Origin: Paragordius varius
Taxonomy: Eukaryota > Animalia > Nematomorpha
Reading direction: 5' to 3'
Length of the DNA stretch: 64,000 nt
NCBI GenBank assembly: GCA_964247055.1
Contig: OZ176053.1
Location: 11,594,001 to 11,658,000 of the forward strand
How positions within the stretch are numbered: the stretch's first letter is position 1; the number at the start of each line of letters is the position of its first letter. The translations under genes and the position numbers were made by a program. The notes below the pieces were generated by a model. That model worked only from the letters and a program-made list of their open reading frames with translations, was not told the DNA's origin and ran no database searches. Positions 47,021 through 60,289 of the stretch are shown one piece after another.

Positions 47021-48208
47021 TAATTTTGTTTATTTTTTAACATAAAAACTTTATAAATATAAGAAAATATTTTATTATTTGGTATATTTTTTGTTTGAGT
47101 GAATGCGTTTTAGCAGATTGTCATCATTTTTTAAAATATTGTAAAAGTCTTCACAAGAATTTGTCAAATTATATATGACAGATAAAACGGCCTTTAAAGT
47201 TTCAACATTTAAATTTGATTTTTCCTATGTCCACACCTGATTTACTGTGGAAAAAACGCGCTCAGTAGCAGCGTTGGTTCCAGGTAAAGATAGTGCGAAT
47301 TCCACAATTTTTAAAATATTATTGTATGTAATATAGTTGGCTTCAAAATGATGAAATATTTCCAACCATTTCTTTTCTACTTATTTTTCTTTTGTCCATA
47401 ATTTAAGTTTTTTAATATTGATATATCTTTTAACTAATGATACTTCAGAAAAAAGATCATTTTCTGAAAGATTACTTTTTGAGAAATTTTGGGAGCAGAT
47501 ATTATCAAATGATTTTTGAACATCGTACCAATTAAATTCTGATTTTATGTTATCCAATGAAAATGATCAATTTCATTGAATTGCGTTGTCCGGTCTTCCA
47601 AATAATCTTTACAGTTTGTATAAAACATTTTTATATGGTACAGGATATCTTGGCGATTTATTAAACCTTGTTTTTCTAAATTATTTATTGTATTGCGGAT
47701 GGTTAATGGTATAAAATTATTTTCTAATCGTTCTTGACATTGTAATTTTAGGTTACTAACTTCATTGGCTACTTCGATTGCGGAAATTTTGTCACCTTCT
47801 ATAAATTTAATAACATTTTGAAAGAGAGAAGCTTGATTATGTAAGAATTCTAACCATATTTTTGAAGAATCACTTTCAAAAAAAATTTTTAAGTTGTAGG
47901 ACATTTGTCCTGTGATAAAAAAAGATTTTAAAGGATCATACATTCTTAAAATTTTTTCGATAGCTGGCATAAAAGCTAAACAACGAGTTTCACAGTATCC
48001 AAGCATTTTGTGATATTGAACTTCGGCATTTTCCCAGAATTCTTTAAGCGTTTCAACACGTACCGTGTATATATAAAAATAGGAATAAATTTTAACAACT
48101 ACATTTTCCAAATCTAGGGGTAACAAATCAGCAGCTGTTTGAATAGCGTTGTGTATTATATGCGCTGCACACCCAACGCCAATAATGTTTTGATTAAGAT
48201 TATCTTTT

Positions 48209-51200
48209 GGTTGGTTGGTTTTTCCTAAGTCGTAAACGACTTTTTGGATATAGTTTTAACTATTTCTTTCCATTTTTTTCTATCTTTAACCGCTATATTG
48301 AGCTCTTTCAGTGTCATTTTGGTCTCTTCTTTTATCATATCCAACCACCTCATCGGTGGTCGGCCTCGTTTCCTTTGCCCTTCTACCTTCCCAAACATTG
48401 TATCTTTCTCCAGAGAATTCGATCGCATGACATGACCAAAATATGTTAACTTTCTTTTTAGAATTATCTCCAGTATGTTTGTTTTAGGTTTTATTTCTGA
48501 AATTAGATTTCCATTCTTAATTTTATCCTTCCAGGTGTATCCTAGCATACTACGCCAGCAGCTCCTTTCAAAAGCCATGAGCCTTTCTTTGTCCCTTTTT
48601 CTGAGAGTCCAACTCTCACATCCATATGTGGTGACCGGGAGAACAAACAGTAGAGTAATCTTTTTTTGGTTACCACTCCTACGCTTATGTTTTTCCAAAT
48701 CTTTATTAATTTAGTCATCGCTTCTCTACCCAATCCTATTCTCTTTCTGATGTCAGGAGTTGAAGACCCATCCTCTGAAATTATTGCGCCCAAAAACGTT
48801 AACTGTTTAACTATTTCTATTTCTACTCCTTCTATTATAATTGTAGGCTTTTTTCCTGTACATAATATTTTGGTTTTGTTAGGATTAAGCCTAAGACCAT
48901 ACCTCAAACTTTTCTTTCGAATCTCTTCAATCAATTCCTTCAAATCATTTGCACTTTCAGCTATAAGAGTGGTATCGTCTGCAACCCTTAAATTATTGAT
49001 TGTCCTCCCTCCTATTCTTACTCCAATATTTTTACCATCCAACTTCCTCATTATCATTTCTGTGCACATATTGAACAGATAAGGGGATAAGCAACACCCT
49101 TGTCTGACTCCTTTCAAGATTGGTATTTCGTATGTGTCCCCCGCTGGTGTTCTAATAATCGCTCTTTGTTTTACATACAGAGAGCTAATCAATCTTATTA
49201 ATTGAGACGATACCCCTACTAACTTTAATGTTTCCCACAAGGAGTCATAATTGAATCGAATGCTTGTCTGTAATCAATAAAACACATGTATAATTCTTTC
49301 TGGAACTCTTTTGATGTTTCCATTATCCTTCTCATGTTTGAGATATGGTCTCTTGTGCTTTTTCCCTGCATAAATCCGGCTTGATTTTCTGGTATTTCTG
49401 TCTGTATGATACTGTTCATTCTGTTTTGTATTACTTTTAGTAAGACCTTACTAGCGTGGCTAATAAGAGATATGTTCCGATAATTCTCGCATTGGAGTAC
49501 ATCTCCTTTTTTATATATTGGGAGATATACAGATGATGTCCAGTCGTTTGGCCACTCACATGTTTCCCACACCTTTTGACATAACTGGTGTAACTTTTCA
49601 ACGGGAATAGCTTTTATGAACTCTATTGGGATATTGTCTAATCCCATCGCTTTGTTGTTAGGAATTTGTTTTAAGGCTAATTCAACCTCCTCTCTTAATA
49701 TATCTGGATCACGTTCTTCTTCTTTTAATTGCAACACCTTTGCTTGAGGAGCCTGATAGAGTTTTTGGGTGTATTCCCTCCATCTTTCTCGTACTTCTGT
49801 TTGTTTGCACAATATGGTGCCATTCTCTTTTTTAATCTTTTGTGATGATATAAAAGGTTTATGAGTCATTTGCTTCAGTTTCTGGAACATTGGTTGCATT
49901 AATCCTTTTTTGTTATTTAATTCCACTTCCAGACATTGTTTATTAAGAAAATCTTCATACCTTCCTTGTTTGTCGTTGAAATTCTTTGTTATATAATTTT
50001 ACCATTTTATTATCACCTCTTGATTTAGCTTTTCTCCTCTTTTCTGCTATCTCTATACTCTTTTCTGATATCCATTTGTTATCTTTCCTCTTTATTCTCT
50101 GCACTTTTTCTTTTGCCACTTCATTAACAACATTTTTTATCGTTCCCCATAATTGTTCTGAGCTACATCCATTGTCCAATCTTCCTAATCTATCTTTGGT
50201 TTCTGTTCTAAAACTATTTGGAATGTTCCGAGTGTCATATCTGTATATCTGTTTAACCTTATTTTTAATTATTTTAAGTTTGATTTTGGTTATTATAAGC
50301 TCATGATCGCTAGAGCAATCGCTGCTTTTGCTTGTTTTGGTATCGATTATAGAGCTTTTCCATTTTTGAGGACACATTATGTTATCAATTTGATTCTTAT
50401 ATTTACCACATGGAGAGGTCCATGTGTATAACCTCCTATTGTGTTGTGGAAACCATGTGTTGGTTATCATCATCTCATTTTCTTGACAAAAATTGATCAG
50501 TGCTTCCCCGGCCTCGTTTCGTTCTCCCAATCCATATGGCCCGACTATTTGATCTACTCTACCTCTACCAACTTTACTGTTCCAATCCCCTCCTATGATA
50601 ATCATATCTCCTTTCTTCGTTTCATCCAAAACTATTTGCAACGTTGCATAAAAGTCCTCTATGTCTTCTTTGGGAGCGTTTGACGTAGGAGCATAGACTA
50701 CTATGTATGTAAATTTAAGTGGCTTGGCATTCAGCCTAATACTCATGATTCTGGGTGTATATGGTGTATAACTAATGAGACTTTTATTTAATTTGTTTTT
50801 TATTAATACTGCAACGCCTTCAGATTTCTGGTCATCTCTCCCCGATCTTAACAATGTATAATTTTCGTTTTGTACTTTCGCGCTACCTTTTTGCTTGGTT
50901 TCCGTTAGACCCAGTATATCTATGTTCAATCTTTCCATTTCCTTTTCAATTATCACCTGTTTGGTTGATGTTAAGGAACGTACGTTCCAGCATCCAACTT
51001 TGAAAAGTCTTGTTAAGTTCATATAGTAAAACTATTTTTTGGCAGTAATAAACGAGGGTGGTTTGCCATTGCCTTCCCTCTCACTTACCCTCTTTACAAA
51101 AAATAAATATCTAGAATAATTATTTAAGAGTAATCTTTATAAATGTTGTTAATTTGGATAAATTATAAATATTGATATTTCAATCTGTCTGGCAATCCTA

Positions 51201-51504
51201 AAAGAAAATATAAAGCAATTATGGCTAGGCTAGTAAAAATAAAATAATTAGGCACCAAGGAGTAGAGAAAAAAAAAGAGATCTGTATAACAATGATTTTT
51301 GATGACTTAAGAATTATGTTACTCTTTAAATTACATACTTAGCATACAAATAAAATAAAAACTCTACAAAACAAAGAAAAAGATTAATAATTACTAAAAG
51401 GAAACATATTTTTTAAATATATTTATAGTATATAATAAAATAATACTATCCATGAATATCTTGCCGCTTTCAATCACATGGTTTCATGCATGAAATACTC
51501 ATTA
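48209..51504 (-). mobile_element. Full-length RTE-clade LINE (APE endonuclease + RT), frameshifted
   Basis: 14-bp TSD TAAGATTATCTTTT (48195-48208 and 51505-51518). (AACC)3 3' tail. ORF pieces 49955-51022 (WNVRSL, LGLTETK, GDWNSKVG, QIDNI, SDH), 49225-49926, 48542-49240 (GVRQGCCLSPYLF, LRVADD) and 48225-48698. 5' UTR of ~480 nt with GGAAGGCAATGGCAAACCAC. Confidence 0.96.
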
Positions 51505-54500
51505 TAAGATTATCTTTTAATTTATGAAAAATATTTTTTGTTCCCCTCCTTGCTTTTCCACCAAAGTTCGTATTGGTGTTGTCAGCGCAATATGCGATAA
51601 TTTTGTCTTTTAAATTATATTTTTCTAGAATAAGCATTATTGAATTAAATATTATTTCTGAATTTTCACTGGTTAGGGAAATTAAATCTAAAATTTTATT
51701 TTTTTACCCGGTTTCTGAATCAAAATATCTTAAGTGGGAAATAATTTTGTTTCATGGTGTTTTGAAGCATCAGAGTATAGGGAAAAGAAATTAATTTTTA
51801 GCAAATCTTTTTGTATTTCAGAAAATGCATGTGGCGAAAGGACATTGCACACAATGGCTTCAGCCTTTGTACGGGCACATGTAAATTTTTTATGGAATAA
51901 CGTGCGAATAACCTGTGAGGTACAGTCCATAGATCTAACAGAATGATTGTGATTAACGGCGTGAAAGGATAACACGCCCTCAGCTAGCGCCAAATTCTTT
52001 TCTTCCTCTCTAAAAGTGGTTTTTCGAAAAAAATCGCTCATTTTGTAAGATGATGCCGCCATATCTAAACATTTTTTATGTTTCTGTGTTTCCATATGCT
52101 TTGTAATATCATGCTTGCCGCCATGTGCTAGGGTGAATTCCCCTCGCATATAAGACATTAAACAGATGATTCATTCTTTGTTTTTTTAATAAAAGGAAAA
52201 TCTTTCATTAATTTATCGTTGAATTTACAGCCTCTTTTTGTGCTCATATTTGTAAACTATCATTAGTATAATAAATATTATATTACCTTAATTTTCTGAA
52301 ATAAACGTGTAAGGTACCGATTTGGGTATCTATTTGTATTTTAAGCTACCGATTTGTGATTAATTTGGATTTTTAATAATGTTGGCAAGTAATAAAACTA
52401 AAATATTAGTATATGAAATATTATATTACCTTAATTTTTTGGAATAAACGTGAAAGGTACCGATTTGTGGTATCAATTTGTCTTTTAATCTAGAATTTGT
52501 GGTATTAACCTGGCTTTTTGATAATAATGACAGTAGTAGTAGGAAGGAAAGTGTATAGTCATATGATATAAATTGGAAAAAAAAATATTTTAAATTTAAA
52601 AATAAAAAATTTTAATTTAAAATTTATATTGATTTTAAACATATTTAATAATAAAAAACTTAAACGGATAAAAAAATTTATTTGTATTAAAAAAAATTTT
52701 TTTTATATAATCGTAAAAAAGCGGGACATTTTAAAAACGTAGCGGGACGCGGGACAAAGTGTGAAACAGCGGGACGTCTGGTCACCTTATATATTATACA
52801 TCTTGAAAAGAAATGTGGCATTTTTGTCTTTAAAAAAACCAGCGGGTTTGTTCGAAAAAATAGTCTTTACAATACCATTTATTTCACCAATTTTTGATAG
52901 TTCGTTGTCAAAATATAGAGAGACCTATTAAGCAAAATTTTTGGAAATCACATTATGATATAATTTCGTATTCATTCAAAAATTTTACAAATTTTCACAT
53001 GGGCCACAAATCATGAGTTTCATGTTTTATAGCGTAAACCCCGTATAAATATCTCTAGTAATACAACGATAATATAATACAATTTATGCCAATATATAAT
53101 TGTATTCATTAAAATTATGTAAAATCAGCAATAATTGAATTTCTCTAAAACATATATCTTGATTGCTACTGGTAATTTTGCTTCATGTATTGTTCATTAT
53201 ATACATAATTGATATAAATGAATATATTTTATCGTCTCGCCATATTTATTGTAGGCGCCTGACACGTACCATTTTATCCGAGTTATGCCAAAAAATATTA
53301 TTATTTTAATAAAAAAAATTTAATTGCTATAAAGTTAACCCAATACAATAATGGCCCCATGAGATATGCAGTAAATCGGTATATTTCCAAAGAATTTTGG
53401 TGTTTTAATACTTTCATATTTTCGAAAATTTTTAAGTAAAACCGAAAAAAATTTATATTAAATATTCAAGTAACGTTTCTTCTATTTCATTTCTAAAAAC
53501 TATTGATTCATTTTAAGCCTTAGATTTGGGGCCTATTTTATACAACAATATATATTACATATAAAAATTTATTTTAAATCAATTATATTTATAATTTATC
53601 CCCAAGTAAATTACAAATAAACAGGTTTTTTGCCCGTCTTTCAATATCGCCTTATAAAATAGTGTTTTGTATTCGTTTTCGTTTTACATTATATATTATT
53701 TGCACAAACATTTGATTGAATAAGTTACCTTTTTTTCTTTTAATTATTACAAAATACCAGGAAATTAAGGTTTCAGCCTGATGATATTTGCCACGTAAAC
53801 GATAAATATAATCAATTGATATGTTTTTTATATTTATATTTTTTTTTGGATATATACCTAAATGAAATTATTTTTTTACCTATTAATTCTGATTGGATTG
53901 AAAGTCCTTTCCGTTGGATGCAGTATAATATTAAAGATTAATTATCTGGAAAACTCTATTATATATGATGAATGATATTCAATTTTTTATTTAATCCAAT
54001 TGTTTTATTATAGATACAGGCCGGCATTCTGAAAGCGGTATTTTCATGACTTTTTTTAATTAAAAATTATTTTATTGTTAAAATAACAAAAATATTAAAT
54101 CAAAAGTTTATCATATATATATATATATATATTTATTGCCTCGCAAAATACGGTTATAATGACGAATAAATTTATTTGAGGCGGTCGCAATTCAAATCAT
54201 AACATGCCAAATAGGACTAAGTTGGAAGTATTCATTACAGTATGCATTTTAATGGTTGCTTATTTTACACTATAAGTAGGGCATTCCGCAACAAAGTAGT
54301 GTATGGAAAAACAACAAAGTGTTGAGTAAATAATTATTCCTTTCTTTATTCCATACATTCCTGTGTAGATTGTTCTACTATAGTGCGAAATAAGCACCAT
54401 TAAAATGCATCAAATTCTTTGAACATATCAAATTGTCCCTTGAACACTTCGAGTTGGCCCTTGCATGACATTATCTATTTTTATAATTACATAACAGAAA

Positions 54501-55604
54501 TTAAAAACATGTGTGTATGATATTATAATACAGCAATTACATACTAGCTATTTTGCTTGAAGCTACAATTAACATTAACTAGGTTTATCACAAAGAGTTA
54601 TAATTGTTTACAATTATATAGGTGCGTTTGTGTCTACGACAGTAGGATCTAACTTAACATATACCTATATAATATATCTAAAATAATTAAGATACCAAAA
54701 AATAAATATGAGAAATTTGCTTTTTGAAACTTTTTTTACCTTTGATCAAGGTAAAACTATGTGTTAGAAAGATTGTATTACTTGTTCGGTCGTATATAAA
54801 AAAATTGTCTAGCCTGAAACAGGGATGGACAAGCGGGCCGCATTTAAATGTATGGGTAACCATAGTATTTTATTGGCATCATGCATAAGATTACAAAAAA
54901 GTTCTTATTTTTTGCTAGTTGGTTGCCAGAATCTGGGGCTTAATATAAATTTGGTAAAAAATATAAATTTTTATTATTGTAAATAGCATAGTTGACGAAT
55001 ATTTGTATTTTCGTATTTTTCCAAATTTCTGGGCATATCCTATTTATAGAAAAGGATGATCGAAATAGATTGAAGTCATTTACAAAACATCAATCATAAT
55101 GTTATTTAAGTACAATAAAAAGACTTTAGAAAATCGTTTTTAATTAAACAAAAGCTTTTTAATAAAAATCTACCATTGGTTCAGGTTAGCCCTCCTATTC
55201 CAAAGCACCTTATCTTCCAAATAGTATCGGCTGTTAAAGTCGATAGCCACTTTGTAACGGATCTGGGTCGCATATTATTCTATTGGGACAATTTTTTATT
55301 CCAAATGCTCAAACTTATTTAAATGTTGCCATAAAATTGATTTTTAATATTTTTGATTATTTTGCTGATGTGCAATGTTTTTTGTTATAACGAACTTTGT
55401 ATTAAACTGACAATTTAAAGTTAAAAGATAAGATATTGACAACTTACTTTGTTAAATTTAAATGAAACATTAACTATTTGCTAATTAAAAATTTCGGTGT
55501 CAAACTAAACTACGCCAATTTTTTAATGGGCAATCATGTTTTTGTGCGTAGGGCTTTTGACAAATCTGGAATTTTGAATTTTATATATATGCAATCTACA
55601 AAAA

Positions 55605-56780
55605 ACTTACGAAATATATCTCTGATATGATAATGTATCAGGACTATCATAATGCTTTTGGTTTTGGCCATTACGAGTGATTAAAGAGAGTTAATCGCAT
55701 TTTGTGGTAGTGCTCCATATCAAAAAATGACAAAATTCGAGCACATTTGCAATAAAACTTTTTTGGTGAAATCTAAATGTTTCATTCAAAAAATATCATT
55801 AAAATATATCTAAAATACATAAAAAAGCAAAACAATATTTTGAAAAAATTTTAATATTTAGATGTGGGCTCCGATAACCCCAATTTTTTAATTTTTTAAA
55901 ATTAGCTAGTCCTCTTAAAACAAAAATGCCGGGATTGCACGTTAATTTTAAATATATGCTAAATTTTGACATAAATAAAAATATTTAACAAATGCATACT
56001 TCTTTCAAAAATTTATTTTGACATAAAAAAAATATTTAACAAATGCACACATAGTTCTTTCAAAAATTTATTTTGCCAAAATTTTATTGGAAAATTCTTC
56101 GTATTATTTTGAGTCATAATGGGAACGGTTTTAAAACGCTTTAGGATGTCATAGAAACACTTTTTCCATATGTTCGATGATGCTTTAACATTGAATTTAG
56201 ATGATATTATGCGTTGGTCTTTAAATTTATGTTAAATAAATATTGTTTTTTTTTTCAAAAATTACAAAATTAAGCCAACGAACCTTTAAATTAAAATTTT
56301 AAAGGGATAGGTTCAACATGATCAAACTATATAAAATAATGTTTTTATAATGTATTATAGCACTGTTAAACTTAAATTTTTGAAAAACTATGCGTGATTT
56401 TTGGTTGATATCAAAATTTAGCATGTATTCAAATTTTTTATTGCGCAATCCCGGCATTGATTTATTTTAAAAGGACTAGCCCATTTTAGAAGAGCAGAAA
56501 AATTTGGGACTTTAGAGACCCCCGTATAGAAATTTAAATTTTTTGAAAATATTGTTTTGCTTTTTAAATATAGTATATGATAAATTTTAGTGATATTTTT
56601 TGGATTGTAGCATTTTTGGCCAAAAAAAATTTATTCAAAAAAATTTGCGGAATTTTGCCATTTTTTGATATGGATAATACAAAAGTGCGATTAACACTAT
56701 TAAATTACTCATGAGGGCCAAAACCAAAAGCACCATGAGATAATTCTGATAGATTTTCCTATCAAAATATTTATATTTCA
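55605..56780. repeat. Palindrome within tandem unit 1 (arms ~430 bp, spacer ~330 bp)
   Basis: GCTTTTGGTTTTGGCC (55654) versus GGCCAAAACCAAAAGC (56716); GCCGGGATTGC (55928) versus GCAATCCCGGC (56445). Confidence 0.88.
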
Positions 56781-57309
56781 CCAGGTTAATTTTCTAAACC
56801 CCCGATTTTGGACGTAGGGTATAGATTAAGCTTCAAAAGTTTTGGTACTTTATATTTTAAAAATGTAACGGTCATAACTCAAGCACTTTAAAATACTAAA
56901 AATTATATTATATATGGTGGACTAGGTTTTTGGCTTAGTTAATTAAAGATAATAAAATTTTGTTTGATCCAATTTTTTTTATTATAGATACAGGCCGGCA
57001 TTCTGGAAACGGTATTTTTTTATATCATACCTTTTTTATATTCTTAAAAATTAGTTTTATTGTTAAAACAACAAATTAAATCAAAAGTTTATCATATATA
57101 TATTGACCCGCAAAATACGGTTATATTCGAATAAATATTTGAGGCGGCGCATGATTGCTTGCCAAATAGGCCTAAGTTAGAAGTTCTCATTCATGCATTT
57201 TAAAGATTTTGCTTATTTCAGACCATAGTAGGGCGATTCGCAACACAGTAGTGTATAGAAAAACAACAAAATGTTGATTAAAAATTATTTCCTTGCTTTT
57301 TTCCATTAA

Positions 57310-58418
57310 ACAATATAAATTAAATAAAAAACGAATGAAGAAACATCTGAAAGTAGTTCATGAAATAAATTATATGACAGAAGGTGATGGTCGAAAGCAA
57401 GCTGTATTTAATTTCTTAAATTTAGTTTTATAAATTTTGTTTTCAAGAAGAAATTAGCCAGAAACATTTAGCGAAATTTATTTTTACATCCTCAACTCTA
57501 AACATAAGTGAAAATAAACATTTTCGGAGTTTCATTCATTATTAAAACCGAATTATGCTAAAATAGAAAACAGATATCCAATGAATTACTAGATTCATGT
57601 GATGAAGATATAAAAATAGAAGTTATTGGAATATGTAAAAATAATATTTCATTAATCGTCGATCCCTTTACCAATATTCGTAGGGAGCAAATAATTAATA
57701 TTATTGGCCAAAGATCCTAAAAATCATTTTTTATTAACTATTGATACATCTTATCATAGTAAGACTGCCGAATATATCTATAACATATTGAAACCAATTA
57801 TAAAAGATATTGGAAATTTAAAAAATTAATGCCATTGTAACCGACAATGTAGCGAACATAAAGGCTGCTGAAAATTTGATTAATAAAGAGTATCCTAATA
57901 TAATATGGCATGGATGCCAATGTCATATAATAAATAATTCGATCAAAGAATATATTAAACTTAATAAGATTACATTTTAAATATAGGGAATACGATTATA
58001 TATTAAATCTAATAAATCGTATAAAATATTTCAAAGTATAAAAAAACTTTGAACCATCCTAAGTTAACGTTATGTTCATGGACAGTGACTCGTTTTAACA
58101 CAATTTTAATAATTAGAGCATAAATAGATTTTAATAAATCCATATTTTCTCGTTAGTCTTAGCTTTCTGTGATTTGAAACTTTCTATAAGTCTTTATGTA
58201 TGATTCCAGGAAAGATCGTTAATTGTAAAAATTTAAATTATCAGGATTGGTGAAAGTATAATTTTAAAAAAATATATACTTTATGTAAAAACCTTTTTTA
58301 TGTGATTTAATCAAGTATTTATGTATGTAGATATTTATTATTGGCAATAACATATGGTATGACCTAGGTCGGACCTGACCCCCTTTTTTTGAAAAAGGGA
58401 GTCAAAATCACAACTCTA
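57310..58418 (+). mobile_element. Decayed hAT transposon (DUF659-type transposase) inserted in tandem unit 2
   Basis: DPFTNIRREQIINI..TIDTSYHSKTAEYI..AIVTDNVANIKAAENLINKEYPNIIWHGCQCHIIN at ~57655-57935. Right end ..CACAACTCTA at 58418; left end not found. Confidence 0.78.
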
Positions 58419-60289
58419 GCCCTACTATAGTGTGAAATAAGCAACCATTAAAATGCATGCATACAAATAATAATTAAATATACTATATGTTTAAATTCCT
58501 TGAACCTATCAAATTGTCCCTTGAACACTTCAAGTTGGTTCTTAAATGTCAATATTTTTTTTATATTTTACATCTTTCTTTAGTATTTTATCATTCAAAA
58601 TTAACATTCATTTAACAATTCTTTTGTTTCGAAAGAACCTAATGACCAATATTATTAAGTTAGTTATTAACGAAAAAAATGCAATTAGTAACCCAGATTT
58701 TTAATTACACGTTAATGTTGTAAGATGGAATAAATTGTTTGATATAATAACCATTTGTTGGTTGTTTTACTCATACGCTAATGAGTTAGCAATTGCTAAT
58801 AAAAGATAATGTGAATTGGCCAGCATAAATGTGCATACTCTTTATAGACAAAGTATTAGATGTTTTTTTGCTAAAAATACAAAAAACTTTAGTAATGATC
58901 GCTTGAAATTTAATAAAAATTTAAAAATAAATAGTTATCCATTATTTATGATGTATCACAAATTGATACCATGTAGATTTCAGGATAAAATATATAGTAT
59001 AACGATAATTGCGGCTAAAAAGCTAAAAACTTAAGTTTTTCGATTTGTCAAAATCAAAAATCGCATTTTCGTCAAACATAGAACGAATGAAATTTAATCG
59101 AAAAACAACACGTCAGCGAAATTTATTAGTTATCATCATCTTAGGGTAATCCTAAGCGCAAAAAAGATTTAATTATTAAATATTTATTTTGGTTTACTAC
59201 TTCCTACATTTATATAATAAAAGTATCTGCATATATAATTATTTCGTTTAGGCGCCATGCCAGACGATGAAGATGAAACTCACATAGGTAACGATTTTTT
59301 AATTATTATTTTATATTATACCAGTAGAATATATCTAAAATAATTAAGATACCAAAAAATAAATGTGAGCAATTTGCTTTTTAACTTTTTTACTTTTGAT
59401 CAAGGTAAAATGTGTTAGAAAGATTGTATTACTTGTTCGGTCGTATATAAAAAATTTGTCTAACCTGAAACAGGGGTGGACAAGCGGGCCGCATTCAAAT
59501 GTATGGGAACCATAATATTTTATTGACATCATGTATAAGATTACAAAAAAGTTCTTATTTTTGTGCTAGTTGGTTGCCAGAATCTGGGGCTTATTCAAAT
59601 ATAAATTTCTTTAAAAAATATAAATTTTATTGTTTGTAAATTGCAGAGTTGATGAAAATTTGTATTTTCGTATTTTTCCAAATTTTTTCTGGGCAGATTT
59701 CAAGAGCCAAGTGCTGCCATTCTATTATCCTATTTATAGAAAAGGGTGATCGAAATAGATTGAAGTCATTTACAAAACATCAATCATAATGTTATTTAAG
59801 TACAATAAAAAGACTTTAGAAAATCGTTTTTAATTAAACAAAAGCTTTTTAATAAAAATCTCCCATTGGTTCAGGTTAGCCCTCCTATTCCAAAGCACCT
59901 TATCTTCCAAATAGTATCGGCTGTTAAAGTCGATAGCCACTTTGTAACGGATCTGGGTCGCATATTATTCTATTGGGACAATTTTTTATTCCAAATGCTC
60001 AAACTTATTTAAATGTTGCCATAAAATTGATTTTTAATATTTTTGATTATTTTGCTGATGTGCAATGTTTTTTGTTATAACGAACTTTGTATTAAACTGA
60101 CAATTTAAAGTTAAAAGATAAGATATTGACAACTTACTTTGTTAAATTTAAATGAAACATTAACTATTTGCTAATTAAAAATTTCGGTGTCAAACTAAAC
60201 TACGCCAATTTTTTTATGGGCAATCATGTTTTTGTGCGTAGGGCTTTTGACAAATCTGGAATTTTGAATTTTTATATACAATCTACAAA

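Larger units (their letters stand above)
46067..52789 (-). mobile_element. hAT DNA transposon, copy 2, with a perfect 8-bp TSD, carrying nested insertions
   Basis: TIR TAAGGTGACCAGA at 46067 and its reverse complement ending at 52789. TSD TATATTAT at 46059-46066 and 52790-52797. Repeated GCGGGAC subterminal motifs. Transposase from ATG 52247 (CLIC..H..H zinc finger, DAS, DNTNTNFGG, GCAAHI.HN) to ~47100, with stops and frameshifts. Confidence 0.95.

Noticed and set aside
48207-50683. Plus-strand ORFs 48207-48449, 48244-48435, 48475-48714, 48666-49082, 49986-50306 and 50441-50683
   Set aside because: Antisense shadows of the RTE coding sequence.
54014-54860. Exon-like GC-richer islands in the tandem units (e.g. 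AG|ATACAGGCCGGCATTCTGAAAGCG|GT and ATGCCAGACGATGAAGATGAAACTCACATAG|GT at ~59257) as a captured gene
   Set aside because: Splice sites and the ATG are not conserved between units, and no consistent chain or recognisable protein could be built.
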